The notes: a model not told the origin generated them from the sequence alone. A stretch of DNA of 46,624 nt from Macrostomum lignano (GCA_002269645.1 NIVC01000719.1:1-46624), one strand, 5' to 3'. Numbered from the stretch's first letter, positions 1 to 17,940 are shown. Made by a program: numbers and translations.

Positions 1-448
1 AAACCAAATAAATAGAGCATTAAAACAGAATCAGAGAATCATAAGACAGTTAGTCGGTCAGTTAGTGCATGAAATAAATATAACAAAGATCTGCCACCAA
101 CAGAATATAGTAGATATATAGTGTACTTAAAACACATTAATTAAAGCGGGAGTGAGAATACCACCAGAATGCAATTCGTCTTTGCTCAAATTTCCAATAT
201 ATTGTAATTCAATCATTGGCAAACACATTTTCCGTTAAACAAATTGCCATTCCAGTGGTATGAAAAAAGTACACAAAAATTGCAATAAGATCAAAACACA
301 AACTAAAGAGAAGTAAATAACAAAATCACACACAGACTGCTTTTTCTGTGTCTATTTTTTCTATAGCAAGATGATCATGAAATCTCAAAAATCATGAATC
401 AAGTTTCTGACAAGTCAAACCAATTCAGTTTTCACTCTGACTCATCGA

Positions 449-604
<156 letters not shown>

Positions 605-611
605 TTATTCA

Positions 612-1434
<823 letters not shown>

Positions 1435-1461
1435 CTAGATACTTATTGCAGACAGGCTTCT

Positions 1462-2512
1462 GATGATTATAGGGTGGTTTTTGATGATTGTAGGGTGGCT
1501 TTTGATGATTGTAGGGTGGCTTTTGATGATTTTAGGGTGGTTTTTTATGATTGTAGGGTGATTTTTTATGATTGTAGGGCGGCTTTTGATGATTTTAGGA
1601 CGCTTTCTGATAGTTTTAGGGTGGTTTTGATGATTTTGGGGAGCGGTTTTAAATGATTTTAGGGTGATTTTTTATGATTTTAAGACGGCTTTTGATTATT
1701 ATAGGGTGGTTTTTTATTACTTAAGGATGGCTTTCGATGATTTTAGGGTGGTTTTTGATGATTTTAGGGCGGTTTTGATGATTTTAGGCAGGTTTTTGAT
1801 GATTGAAGGGTGGTTTTTGATGATTACAGGGCGGTTTTTGATGATTGTAGGGCGGTTTTAGATGATTGTAGGGCGGTTTTTGATGATTTTAGGGCGGTTT
1901 TAAATAATTGATGATTGTAGGGCGGCTTTTGATGATTGTAGGGTGATTTTTTATGATTGTAGGGCGATTTTGGATGATTTTAGAGCGGCTTTAGATGATT
2001 TTAGGACGCTTTTTGATAGTTTTAGGGTGGTTTTGATGATTTTAGGACGCTTTTTGATAGTTTTAGGGTGGTTTTGATGATTTTAGGACGCTTTTTGATA
2101 GTTTTAGGGTGGTTTTGATGATTTTAGGACGCTTTTTGATAGTTTTAGGGTGGTTTTGATGATTTTAGGACGCTTTTTGATAGTTTTAGGGTGGTTTTGA
2201 TGATTTTAGGACGCTTTTTGATAGTTTTAGGGTGGTTTTGATGATTTTAGGACGCTTTTTGATAGTTTTAGGGTGGTTTTGATGATTTTGGGGAGCGGTT
2301 TTTAAATGATTTTAGGGTGATTTTTGATGATTTTAAGGATGGCTTTCGATTATTTTAGGGTGGTTTTTGATGATTTTAGGGTGGTTTTTGATGATTTTAG
2401 GGTGGTTTTTGATTAATATAGGGCGGTTTTTGATGATTGTAGGGAGGTTTCTGATGATGATTTTAGGGCGGTTTTTGATGATTGTAGAGCGGTTTTAAAT
2501 AATTATAATAGG
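1462..2512. repeat. ~21-bp minisatellite (GATGATTTTAGGGTGGTTTTT) in SEC23 intron 4, with a ~41-bp dimer stretch at about 2000-2280
   Basis: Directly visible tandem array. Confidence 0.95.
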
Positions 2513-3387
2513 GTGGCCTCTGATGCTTATAGATTGATAAAAATCAAAGGTCGGTATTTGAAAACGACTGCGGAATGAATGCTACACTTAAAGACGATTG
2601 CAAACTAAAAAATCTCATTATTGACGAGCTCAGACTGGCACTAATTATTGGGGCACGGCGACAAGAGCAAACTCTAATTAAGAGTTGATGCTATGCAATC
2701 AACTAAAATGCGTAAATATATACAACATAATATGTGTAATACAAGCCGTGTTTACACATGTAATATTACAATCTACGCTGACTGAAATTGCGTTTAATGC
2801 GCCACAAATATTAGCATTACAGGTGTGCTGTTACAGTTATAAAATATTATTATTCTTATAAATCTTATTGCGCGCCAGCAACCATGCTGTTAGCGGTCAC
2901 GTGGGCAAGCATTCTCGGGGCAACAAAATTTTGATACATAGGGCCTAATAATTACTGATTAGATTTTATTCGGTTTAATGTCCCGCCGCTAGTTTATTAC
3001 AGACCCAAATCTAATTAGTTCAGATTTAGTTCAGATAAGCAGATAATTAGCTATTTTAGCAGAGAGAAATCTAAGTCTCACATGAATTTTTCTCCGAGCT
3101 GATCAACGCCGAAAGACTGTAGCCTCTATTTATGGCATAATTAACTGATAAGAGCACACTGGTACAGGCTAACAAATAGCAAACAAAAAAGGTTAGCTAA
3201 GATTAGCAAGGACAGGCCCGACTAAACAGTAAGGAAAGTTTTTTATGACAAAAATATGACAATGTACTGTAACGTTATTACCTATACAGCTAAAATAGAA
3301 ACGGTTAGCGGTGATAACAAGAAAGACTGAAGCGGTGGTGCTTGACAAAGACTGAGATTGCAGTGATGGTGATAGATCATACAAATA

Positions 3388-4337
<950 letters not shown>

Positions 4338-4552
4338 TTACAGGAGGGCTTTGGGCACACTGATTTGAATCCGACTAAACCGCCAACGAGAGCCAAGCCG
4401 AGATTCAAGGCGATATGCACATGCCTGACGATTAGACAGTCAGGGCCACTGTACACCTTGTGTGAGCGTGTGTATGAGTGCGTCTGCGTACAGTACAGTA
4501 TCTGTTTGCCAACAGTGACATAAGCGCGCACGTATTGGCATGAGACGGCCGA

Positions 4553-4884
4553 GCTCAGACATTGATAATGGAAACTGCGCGCTTATGTCAGACATTGATA
4601 ATGGAAACTGCGCGCTTATGTCAGACATTGATAATGGAAACTGCACGCTTATGTCAGACATTGGTAATGGAAACTGCGCGCTTATGTCAGACATTGATAA
4701 TGGAAACTGCACGCTTATGTCAGACATTGGTAATGGAAACTGCGCGCTTATGTCAGACATTGATAATGGAAACTGCGCGCTTATGTCAGACATTGATAAT
4801 GGAAACTGCACGCTTATGTCAGACATTGATAATGGAAACTGCACGCTTATGTCAGACATTGGTAATGGAAACTGCGCGCTTATG
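4553..4884. repeat. 33-bp minisatellite (ATGTCAGACATTGATAATGGAAACTGCGCGCTT) in SEC23 intron 3
   Basis: About 10 units visible; 11-aa periodic ORFs. Confidence 0.95.
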
Positions 4885-5372
4885 CTGCTTAGGGGATGGG
4901 GTGACAGCTAATCAGCTGCAGCGTACTAACCGCTGCCAAGTCTGCTTAACCTGCACATGCAGGTTATATGCTTGCGGCGACTTAGTGACACACGCAGCAC
5001 AACACGGGACACGCTGTCCGCATTTCTGACTATGACTCATAGCATGACTCGCAATGGTCATCAGTTGATGAGCCAATAAATTTACGAGTTTACGAACGGT
5101 TTCTAGACAGAGAGACAGGCTGACAGGCAATTTATCAATCTAAAAGGATCTCCGCCTCCGTATTTTTCTGCCTTACAATTTCTTTCTAATATACCCAAAT
5201 ATAGCAAAAACACAGCATAAATTATTAACTATAAACACCTACAGCGTGGCCACTGCCAGCTTCGGTTTATACACCCACACGAACGCACTCAGTATTTTTA
5301 TAATGGCTTTTCATAATTCATAACGGTTTTATAACACGAGAACTATTTTTAGCTTAGTAGTAATAGTAATAT

Positions 5373-5680
5373 TAATAATAATAATAATAATAACTGATTA
5401 CACCTGCCCCAATTGGGCCAGATGTGCAACCGACAGCTCAGCCGCAGCTATTGCGCATCTGAAGGCTGCGTACGGCTGTTCGGTCCAAGGACTGGGGGTC
5501 GCCACACACACCCTTAATTACCCCAGCTAATGCTGGCACCCATTTTACAGCTGGGTGAACTGAAGCAATGCAGAGTTAAGTGTCTTGCTCAAGGACACAA
5601 ATCGTTCTAGTGGGATCGGGAATCGAACCCCCGACCTTCAAGTCGTGCGTCCGACGCTCTAGCCACTAGGCTATAATCCC
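5373..5680 (-). mobile_element. tRNA-derived SINE with a CORE/Nin-type central domain and a (TTA)n tail
   Basis: Minus strand: A-box TAGCCTAGTGG (5663-5673) and B-box GGTTCGATTCCC (5618-5629). Next comes GTGTCCTTGAGCAAGACACTTAACTCTGC...CAGCTGTAAAATGGGT (5539-5598), which resembles the MIR/CORE domain (CCTTGGGCAAGTTACTTAACCTC...CTGTAAAATGGGG). Simple-repeat tail at 5373-5393. Confidence 0.8.
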
Positions 5681-5859
5681 CTATGTAGCCACGCATAATC
5701 CCCTATAATAGTAATATATATTATACAATATAATAGAGAAATGAACAAGGATTTAATTTAAAACTCACTTCCTTTTTAATTACACAAATATCCTAAGTAG
5801 CTTACTGTCAGTAGAAAAGCTATGAAAATAAGCACCGAAATTTTTTTAAACAAAAATTA

Positions 5860-6186
<327 letters not shown>

Positions 6187-6193
6187 TTAGTCG

Positions 6194-8510
6194 CATAATC
6201 CCCTATGTAACCTTGTATAATCCAATACGTAGCCATGCATAATCCCCTACGTAGCCATACATAATCCCCTATGTAGCCATACATAATCCCCTATGTAGCC
6301 ATACATAATCCCCTATGTAGCCAAGCATAATCCCCTATGTAGCCATACATAATCCCCTATGTAGCTATACATAATCCCCTATGTATCCATACATAATCCC
6401 CTATGTAGCCATACATAATCTCCTATGTAGCCATACATAATCTCCTATGTAGCCATACATAATCCCCCATGTAGCCATACATAATCCCCTATGTAGCCAT
6501 ACATAATCCCCCATGTAGCCATACATAATCCCCTATGTAGCCATACATAATCCCCTATGTAGCCATACATAATCCCCTATGTAGCCATACATAATCCCCT
6601 ATGTAGACATACATAATCCCCTATGTATCCATACATAATCCCCTTTGTAGCCATACATAATCCCCTATGTATCCATACATAATCCCCCATGTAGCCATAC
6701 ATAATCCTCTATGTAGCCATGCATAATCCCCTATGTAGCCATACATAATCCCCTATGTAGCCATACATAATCCCCCATGTAGCCATACATAATCCTCTAT
6801 GTATCCATACATAATCCCCTTTGTAGCCATACATAATCCCCTATGTATCCATACATAATCCCCCATGTAGCCATACATAATCCTCTATGTAGCCATGCAT
6901 AATCCCCTATGTAGCCATACATAATCCCCTATGTAGCCATACATAATCCTCTATGTAGCCATGCATAATCCCCTATGTAGCCATACATAATCCCCTATGT
7001 AGCCATACATAATCCCCCATGTAGCCATACATAATCCTCTATGTAGCCATACATAATCCCCTATGTAGCCATACATAATCCCCCATGTAGCCATACATAA
7101 TCCCCTATGTAGCAATACATAATCCCCTTTGTAGCCATACATAATCCCCTATGTAGCCATACATAATCCCGTATGTAGCCATACATAATCCCCTACGTAG
7201 CCATACATAATCCCCTATGTAGCCATACATAATCCCCTATGTAGCCATACATAATCCCCTATGTAGCCATACATAATCCCCTATGTAGCCATACATAATC
7301 CCCTATGTAGCCAAGCATAATCCCCTGTGTAGCCATACATAATCCCCTTTGTAGCCATACATAATCCCCTATGTAGCTATACATAATCCCCTATGTAGCC
7401 ATACATAATCCCCTACATAATCCCCTATGTAGCCATATATAATCCCCCATTTAGCCATACATAATCCCCTACATAATCCCTAATGAAGCCAAGCATAATC
7501 CCCTATGTAGCCATACATAATCCCCTATGTATCCATACATAATCCCCTATGTATCCATACATAATCCCCTATGTAGACATACATAATCCCCTATGTAGAC
7601 ATACATAATCCCCTATGTAGCCATACATAATCCCCTATGTAGCCAAGCATAATCCCCTATGTAGCCATACATAATCCCCTTTGTAGCCATACATAATCCC
7701 CTATGTAGCTTTACATAATCCCCTATGTAGCCATACATAATCCCCTACATAATCCCCTATGTAGCCATACATAATCCCCTATGTAGCCATACATAATCGC
7801 CTGCATAATCCCCTATGTAGCCAAGCATAATCCCCTATGTAGCCATGCATAATCCCCTATGTAGCCAAGCATAATCCCCTATGTAGCCATGCATAATCCC
7901 CTATGTAGCCATGCATAATCCCCTATGTAGCCATACATAATCTCCTATGTAGCCATACATAATCTCCTATGTAGCCATACATAATCCCCATGTAGCCATA
8001 CATAATCCCCTATGTAGCCATACATAATCCCCCATGTAGCCATACATAATCCCCTATGTAGCCATACATAATCCCCTATGTAGCCATACATAATCCCCTA
8101 TGTATCCATACATAATCCCCTATGTAGACATACATAATCCCCTATGTATCCATACATAATCCCCCATGTAGTCATACATAATCCCCTATGTAGCCATACA
8201 TAATCCCCTATGTAGCCATACATAATCCTCTATGTAGCCATGCATAATCCCCTATGTAGCCATACATAATCCCCTATGTAGCCATACATAATCCTCTATG
8301 TAGCCATGCATAATCCCCTATGTAGCCATACATAATCCCCTATGTAGCCATGCATAATCCCCTATGTAGCCATACATAATCCCCTATGTAGCCATACATA
8401 ATCCTCTATGTAGCCATACATAATCCCCTATGTAGCCATGCATAATCCCCTATGTAGCCATACATAATCCCCTATGTAGCCATACATAATCCTCTATGTA
8501 GCCATACATA
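6194..8510. repeat. 22-bp minisatellite (CATAATCCCCTATGTAGCCATA), about 2.3 kb, filling SEC23 intron 2
   Basis: Directly visible; about 100 units. Confidence 0.98.
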
Positions 8511-8529
8511 GTCCCTTCTTTAGGCATTA

Positions 8530-9390
<861 letters not shown>

Positions 9391-9423
9391 CTATTCAATT
9401 CATCAACGCAGACGAACACTCCT

Positions 9424-10332
9424 TGATTCCTAAACACCCTCCCTGATTTATAAACACCCCTCCCTGATTCCTAAACACCCTCCCTGATTTCTAAACACCC
9501 CTCCCTGATTCCTAAACATCCCTCCCTGATTCCTAAACACCTCTCCCTGATTCCTAAACACCCCTCCCTGATTCCTAAACATCCCTCCCTGATTCCTAAA
9601 CATCCCTCCCTGATTCCTAAACATCCCTCCCTGATTCCTAAACACCTCTCCCTGATTCCTAAACATCCCTCCCTGATTCCTAAACACCTCTCCCTGATTC
9701 CTAAACACCCCTCCCTGATTTCTAAACACCCCTCCCTGATTTCTAAACACCTCTCCCTGATTCCTAAACACCCCTCCCTGATTCCTAAACACCCCTCCCT
9801 GATTTCTAAACACCGCTCCCTGATTCCTAAACACCCCTCCCTGAATCCTACACACCCCTCCCTGATTCCTAAACACCCCTCCCTGATTCCTAAACACCCC
9901 TCCCTGATTCCTAAACACACCCTTTTGATTCCTAAACAACCCTATCTGATTCCTAAACACCCCTCCCTGATTTCTAAACACCCCTCCCTGGTTCCTAAAC
10001 ACCTCTCCCTGATTCCTAAACACCCCTCCCTGATTCCTAAACACCCCTCCCTGATTCCTAAACACCCCTCCCTGATTCCTAAACACCCCTCCCTGATTCC
10101 TAAACACCCCTCCCTGGTTCCTAAACACCTCTTCCTGATTCCTAAACACCTCTCCCTGATTCCTAAACACCTCTCCCTGATTCCTAAACACCCCTCCCTG
10201 ATTCCTAAACACCCCTCCCTGGTTCCTAAACACCTCTTCCTGATTCCTAAACACCTCTCCCTGATTCCTAAACACCTCTCCCTGATTCCTAAACACCCCT
10301 CCCTGGTTCCTAAACACGCCTCCCTGATTCCT
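9424..10332. repeat. 21-bp minisatellite (CCTGATTCCTAAACACCCCTC) in SEC23 intron 1
   Basis: Directly visible; source of the VFRNQGG ORF. Confidence 0.97.
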
Positions 10333-10421
10333 AAACACCCCTTCCTGATTCTTAATCCCTCACTCCTTGCTGATTTATTGATATTCCATCAAATATTCTC
10401 ATCTCTAACTAACGTTATTTA

Positions 10422-11950
<1,529 letters not shown>

Positions 11951-13046
11951 ACTTACTTTAGAACTTAGAGGTAGAAGACTTTTAGATTCAGAAATTTTAA
12001 AAACATGATTTAACCTCATGACCTATATATATTTATACATAATGTCTAGACACTGACATTTTGACTAAAACCAGGATTTACTGATTGGAATCTAGTCCTA
12101 AATACTGACCCAGTGTATATAGACATCAATCTAGAAGCCAAATTGCAAAAAAACACAGATCAAAGCGCCTTGAAGCTCACTGAGAAAGGCGTTTGCAACA
12201 ATAGCAAAACACCTTAATATCCTTAATCAAAGTTTTTACTAACAATAGATGAGAGAATTTGTATGTTTAAAAAAACATATATTTTAAGCCTTTAAGAACA
12301 CGCTGCAGAACCGAATTTAGTACGCCAGTGACACAAGAAGCAAAGAATTACACAGTCGCAAAAAAGAGTAGACAGGGAGATAGTACAAAATAATATTAGT
12401 TTTGTAATAGTTTATACATAGTAGTACATTATTATAATGAAGGAATGATTACTAATGTACAAAGAGCTTGCCGATTTTCAGGTCTAATTTCAGACAGTTA
12501 CACAGGGTACGCAACGGGGTTCGAAATGATGAAATTTAGCCTACCATATAAACAATAGTAGCCATTAATTTATTATTGTTATAAAGTAAAACCCCTTAGC
12601 CAATTTTGAAGGGATATAATTTGACAGACAAACAAAAAATGCTTGCAATGCTTCATGAAGCATTTTCTATATATAGATGGACAGTTTATTAACAGAAGAT
12701 TATAAACTACACATAATAATAAACATAAATACAATACAAGCAATTAGTATGTCTTGCTCCAAAAACAATGTCCATTATTAAGAAACTAATCGATCGTTTG
12801 TTTTTTCTAATCTTATGGCCAAACAAATGGACAAATTTGTTATAAAATTGTAAGGAAAAGCTAAATGCATTTCACAATCCAAATCTTTATAATCAGAGAC
12901 AACGGTCTGCTTCTCAGGGTAGATGGATGTGTTTGGTGACAAAAAACATCTCTTAGTGAAAACTAAGGTTGGCCAACAAGATCAGCATAGACCGCTGCGG
13001 TATTGACATCAGACAGGCAGGCAGAATGTTTGTTAAGCGCTTGAGC

Positions 13047-14966
13047 TCATTTTAAACTGGCCACAAGTTTGGCTAGGCCTTTGAACTTGCCCAGTACCAA
13101 TAGCAGCTCCGACCTGATGTCGCCGCCATTGTCTGGTCGCTGAGCAGTCCACAGTTTCAACACTTTAGCAACGGCCATGTCGATCTGGCTGTCGGCGGCG
13201 CATTCGTCTGCGATGCTATCCAGCTGGTCGGTGGGCAGGCCCAGCTCGGTGCCGAGTTCGCGCCAACGACTGCCCAGAGCTTCGGCCATCTGGCTAATCA
13301 CTTCTACGCTGATGAGATCGGCCGACGAGTCCTCCTCATCTTCGTTGCCGTTTCCGTTGCCATTCTGATGTCTGGCCGGCGTAGTGGATTCGACCGGGGT
13401 GTCCGACGAAGCAGCAGCAGGCGCCGACGCGGCGGAAGAATTGAAGTCGCGAGCCAGATGAGTCAATATGTTATCAAGGTACTCGCGCAACGGCCGGCCG
13501 GGCGCCACCACTTGGCTGGGACCTTGGGCTTGGTTCTGAAAAAAGTATGGACTCTTACGGGACAACAGGCGGAGGGCGCACCAGGCCCAGGACTCGCTAT
13601 TGACTCGTTTATATTGCTCCTCGACTAGCTGCTCAGGGTCGGCCTCGTCGATAGCGTCGGCAAAGAATGGCTGCAGCTCCGGCGTGAACTCGCGATCTTT
13701 AGCGGCTTCCATATTGTCCGGGCAGAGGCGCCACAGCTGGGTTAGGCGGGGATTAGCGAACCGGAACAGCTTGTGCCCGTCACGATCAACCAGGACATTT
13801 GGACGGCGCTTCCTGCCAGCTCGCTGCTGCTGCAGCTTGTCAGCTTCGGGCTCGTCAGCTGGCGGGTCGCGTACAATGGACGGACAGCTGTCATTCTTCC
13901 ATTGAGACCAGAGCTCTTCGCGTTCGAGCACGTGTTCAACTAGTTTAGCAAATTCCTCAGCATCTGGCGGGGTCTCGCGTAGAATAGCGAATGCGCGCTG
14001 TTTAGTAGCCGCTACCCAGTCGGCCTGATCCGGTTTCAACTGCTGATCGGCCGATTTAAATTTAACATGAGCCACAAGATACTGCAGCAGCACTAATAGC
14101 TGCACTAGCAGGGCCCGTCTAAACCTGTGATCAAGCAGCTGCAAGTCTAACAACCGCTGCGATGTCAAATAATACGGATAGAACTGGTCGGACGAGTCGC
14201 GAACCGCTTCAATTTTCATGCCGGCAAATGTGTCTAACAGAGTGTCAACACTGGTGCACAGGTTAGACCAATTAGCTGCCTGATAGCACAGAGCCGGCTG
14301 GCGGAAGTACTGCTGCAGAGTCCAGAATTTCATATAGAAAGCGGTGTGACCGCTACCAGCCGGTTCCGACTCGGCGCTCTTAGCGTAATTAACAAAATCG
14401 GCATTGAAATGCGACATAAAATTAATGCCAGACTTATCATCCAATGGGAATAGCCTAGAAAAGAACAGTTGGATTCGGCCGCAGAATACCGTGTTGCGAC
14501 TTTTTGACAGGCGCCTGAGCAGATCATTGCACATGCGCAGTAGCAGACTCTTGCCAGAGGTAAACAGTGCCGGCGAACTCAAATCCGACACTCGATCCTC
14601 TAGCAGGCCGAACACTCGCTCGCACTCGCTAATTGGCGTCAGCTCGAATACATCCGATAAGATTAGAAACGGCAGGCTAGCGCTGCACATGTCTTCGGCT
14701 TCGCGGCTAGCAACTCGAACGCTGAGATCTACTAGCCTACCAATCGAGCTCATGCGTTTAGCCTCATCTGTGAAGGCCGCTACAGATCTGGCGCAGTCTC
14801 TAAACGCTTGATCTAATGCCGATTTCCTATCGTCAGCTGAGCATTGACTCGGCGACTTTGCCGATTTTAAACTATCTTTCAGCTTATCCGGCTCAGTTGG
14901 AGGAGTCGATGTCAAGCCAGTTAGCAGCAGCTGGGCCAGCTGGTTAGTGTACTCAAGTACCGACAT
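13047..14966 (-). CDS. THOC1: THO complex subunit 1 (Hpr1/p84N5) with C-terminal death domain; intronless CDS, about 639 aa
   Basis: Motifs LLRMCNDLLRRLSKSRNTVFCGRIQLFF, EELWSQWKNDSCP and a death-domain-like LGSRWRELGTELGL. First ATG at 14966 (the track start is TTG). Confidence 0.93.
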   Translation of the reverse strand: MSVLEYTNQLAQLLLTGLTSTPPTEPDKLKDSLKSAKSPSQCSADDRKSALDQAFRDCARSVAAFTDEAKRMSSIGRLVDLSVRVASREAEDMCSASLPFLILSDVFELTPISECERVFGLLEDRVSDLSSPALFTSGKSLLLRMCNDLLRRLSKSRNTVFCGRIQLFFSRLFPLDDKSGINFMSHFNADFVNYAKSAESEPAGSGHTAFYMKFWTLQQYFRQPALCYQAANWSNLCTSVDTLLDTFAGMKIEAVRDSSDQFYPYYLTSQRLLDLQLLDHRFRRALLVQLLVLLQYLVAHVKFKSADQQLKPDQADWVAATKQRAFAILRETPPDAEEFAKLVEHVLEREELWSQWKNDSCPSIVRDPPADEPEADKLQQQRAGRKRRPNVLVDRDGHKLFRFANPRLTQLWRLCPDNMEAAKDREFTPELQPFFADAIDEADPEQLVEEQYKRVNSESWAWCALRLLSRKSPYFFQNQAQGPSQVVAPGRPLREYLDNILTHLARDFNSSAASAPAAASSDTPVESTTPARHQNGNGNGNEDEEDSSADLISVEVISQMAEALGSRWRELGTELGLPTDQLDSIADECAADSQIDMAVAKVLKLWTAQRPDNGGDIRSELLLVLGKFKGLAKLVASLK

Positions 14967-15499
14967 TTGGGGCTCAATATGATTGCTATTTGTGTATGCG
15001 TGATTTTCTTTAACAGCAGCAGCCAATTGATTCGGTCATGAATTCAAGAATAAGATACGAGAAATGTTATTTAGATTACTTTTAGTAGTCAGCATAAAAA
15101 ATCAATTGTTAACTACAAATTTAACTAAGTTAATTTATCCAGCTCAATTTAGACATCAAAAATGAGTGTCAGAAGGTACGAAAAAGTGTCACTGGCAATT
15201 CCAAATGAGTGTCGGAAAAACAGAGGTGTCAGAGACGGCAATAAGTATCAGGCACGGCAAGATAGTGTCGGGGAAGCCCATAGTAGTGTCAGGAAGAAGG
15301 CCTGGATGTTAGTAGGCCAAAAAGAATGTCAGAAGCCCAAATATGTGTCAGGGGCACCAAAATGAGTGCCAGAAGTCTACATAAGTATCAAGGGCACTAA
15401 AATGACTCCCAGAAAATAAAATTCGAAAAACCAAAAGCCAAATGAATCAGTATCAGAGCCCTAATAAGTCTCAGTAGCCGAAAAATGTCAGTAGCCCAA

Positions 15500-15983
15500 G
15501 AAGTGTCAAGAGCCCAAATAAGTGTCAGTAACATCAAAAGCTGTGTCAGGAGCCCAAATAAGTGTCAGGAGCCCAAATAAGTGTCAGGAGCCCAAATAAG
15601 TGTCAGGAGCCCAAATAAGTGTCAGGAGCCCAAATAAGTGTCAGGAGCCCAAATAAGCGTCAGTAACACCAAAGCCTCTTATAGGTTGTTATAGGTTGCG
15701 TCAGTAACACCTGACACTTATCTAGCAAGTGTCAGGAGGCCAGATAAGTGTCAGGAGCCCAAATAAGCGTCAGTAACACCAAAGCCAGTGTCAGAAGGCC
15801 AGATAAGTGTCAGGAGCCCAAATAAGCGTCAGGAGCCCAAATAAGCGTCAGGAGCCCAAATAAGCGTCAGTAACACCAAAGTCAGTGTCAGGAGCCCAGA
15901 TAAGTGTCAGGAGCCCAGATAAGTGTCAGGAGCCCAGATAAGTGTCAGGAGCCCAGATTAGTGTCAGGAGCCCAAATAAGTGT
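15500..15983. repeat. 19-bp minisatellite (GTGTCAGGAGCCCAAATAA) between FTSJ3 and THOC1, with degenerate copies to about 15160
   Basis: Directly visible. Confidence 0.93.
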
Positions 15984-16186
15984 CGCGAGTCAGCGCACTA
16001 AAACCTATTTTATAGGCCCTACCAACCTATAAAAACTAAATCAATACACTGAACGACTGAAAAGATTCAAATAAGAAGTAAAAGTGTCACAGTTCTTACT
16101 TCACAAATCCTCTAATGTTAACTAATAGGCAAAGCTGACATTAAGCCAGTACGGAATTAACTCCATCAAACTTTTGGTCATCCTCA

Positions 16187-16192
16187 TTTATT
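16187..16192 (-). terminator. Candidate polyadenylation signal AATAAA of FTSJ3
   Basis: First AATAAA noticed on the minus strand downstream of the stop codon, about 135 nt after it. Confidence 0.45.
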
Positions 16193-16327
16193 AGGCATAT
16201 TGTTTAACTGGCCTCTCCAACTGTTAAACAAGGGAGCAACAGATATTAAAATTGAATCAAGGAGCATAAGTTATTAACCGACCAGGAGAAATGCAATCGT
16301 ACGCTATTTAGCAACAAATTAATGTCA

Positions 16328-17918
16328 TCAACGCTTCCTCTGCTTATTATTGTTGCTATTCTTCTTCCCACGCGATTTGCCCTTGGCGCCAGCCGAACGT
16401 TTGTCCTTTTTCAAACGCGGATCAACTCGCTTAACAATCGAGCCTTTGCCAGCGGCCTGCTTGCGCGACACTGCGCCGCTACGCTTGCTAACAGCGTACA
16501 CAACTGGCCGCTTCTTGCGCGCCAGCACGCCAGACCGCTTGTACAGCTGACGAACTTGCATGGTCTTCTCGGCGTCAACGACACCCTCCTGCTCAAGTAC
16601 CGACTCAGCTCGTTTGCGCACCTTTTCTAAGCGTCTGGCCGCTTTCATTTTCTTTCTAGCCTTGGCTTCAACTACTTTCTTTACTGTTCGAACATTGACG
16701 CCGCGTAGTCGTTTCGCGTGCGGATCCAGCTCCGATTTTGGCAGACGGATACCGGACGGCCGCATGTGACGCTTCTCGTCGGCTACGAACCAGGCTGGCA
16801 GATTGTCGTCGTTGAACATGAACCGATGGAAGCCGCTCTCCACTATCTCTCGGCGTTGACGGCGCGAAGTGGCGATGCGAGTGGCGATGGCCAGCTCCTC
16901 AGGCGTGGTGAGCTGCTGCTCACGCTGCTCGCGTTTTCTCTGCTTTTTACTCTTGACTTGCTGCTTCTCCGGCTGTTTGTCGATGTCAGACTCGCTATCC
17001 GAAGCGTTGCTGACATCTTTGCCAGAAGCTGCTGGCAACGCTCCATCATCGTCTTCATCATCTGACCAGCGCTTTTCAAACAGATGCCTCTCATTTTGTT
17101 CATCACCATTGGCCTTGGACTGCGTCGGGGCTTCCAGTTCGGCGAATGCCGGCTGCGCAAACCAGCTGTCAGCTCGGCGTTTCCGCCTAACAGCCGGATC
17201 TTCCAGATCAGTTAAAAGAGGATTCTGCGCATCGCAATCATCATCAGCATCTTCAACGGAATGATCTGACTCGTCATCGTTAGATGACGATGCATTTTCT
17301 TCGTCGTCGTCGTCGTCCAAGCTGTCGGGATCGTCGGCATCGTCGCCGACTCGACTGGTGGCGGCTGGTAGTCGCGGCCGTTTTGTGCGCGGTTCAACTA
17401 AAGCCGCAGAACCTTCGATATTGGCGCCAGCATCGCGACTGTGATAGCGGAGTCGCGAGTTCTTGCTGCTGGCAGCGGTGGGATCCACAGCCTCGGCTTC
17501 GTCGACAACGTCGGGCGCTGGAGCTTCGGTGTCTAGCAGGCGGCGAACCCGAGCTAAGCTGAATAAATCAACATCATCAGACTGCTCAATAGTGTCACCC
17601 TGGTGCACCATGCTCAATTGGATTCGCTTAACTAAGCGTTTCTTTGCTTCGCGAGTTTTCTTAGCCTTCTTCTTAGCGCTCAGCTGCTCCTCTCTGGCCA
17701 CTTTGGACACCAGCTGGTCAACTTTCTGCATCTCTGCGTCCTCGGCCGCCTCAGCGATTGTCACATCGTCTGGCGTGGCAGCTGCTGCTCCAGCGGCGGC
17801 GGTTGCAGCAGGCTTGGCAGCAGCCAGCTGCTCCTCGGATCGGCGAAGTCGTTCAAGAAGTCGTCGGCGCCATTGAAGCAAAGCGGCGACTTCCGCTTTG
17901 CCAAGAACCTTGATGTCT
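16328..17918 (-). CDS. FTSJ3: FTSJ3/Spb1 coding exon 2 (acidic DUF3381-type region and Spb1_C)
   Basis: DIKVLGKAEVAALLQWR, LPAWFVADEKRH and VKKVVEAKARKK. Acceptor ctcccacag| at 17919; phase 2 matches exon 1, giving 824 aa in total. Confidence 0.94.
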
Positions 17919-17940
17919 CTGTGGGAGAGGTAGAGTATCA

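Noticed and set aside
5600-5680. Functional tRNA gene
   Set aside because: A and B boxes are present, but the anticodon and T/acceptor stems do not pair properly and there is no oligo-T terminator. The sequence continues into a SINE core and tail.
12500-12530. B-box-like GGGTTCGAAAT as a tRNA or SINE
   Set aside because: No upstream A-box or cloverleaf.
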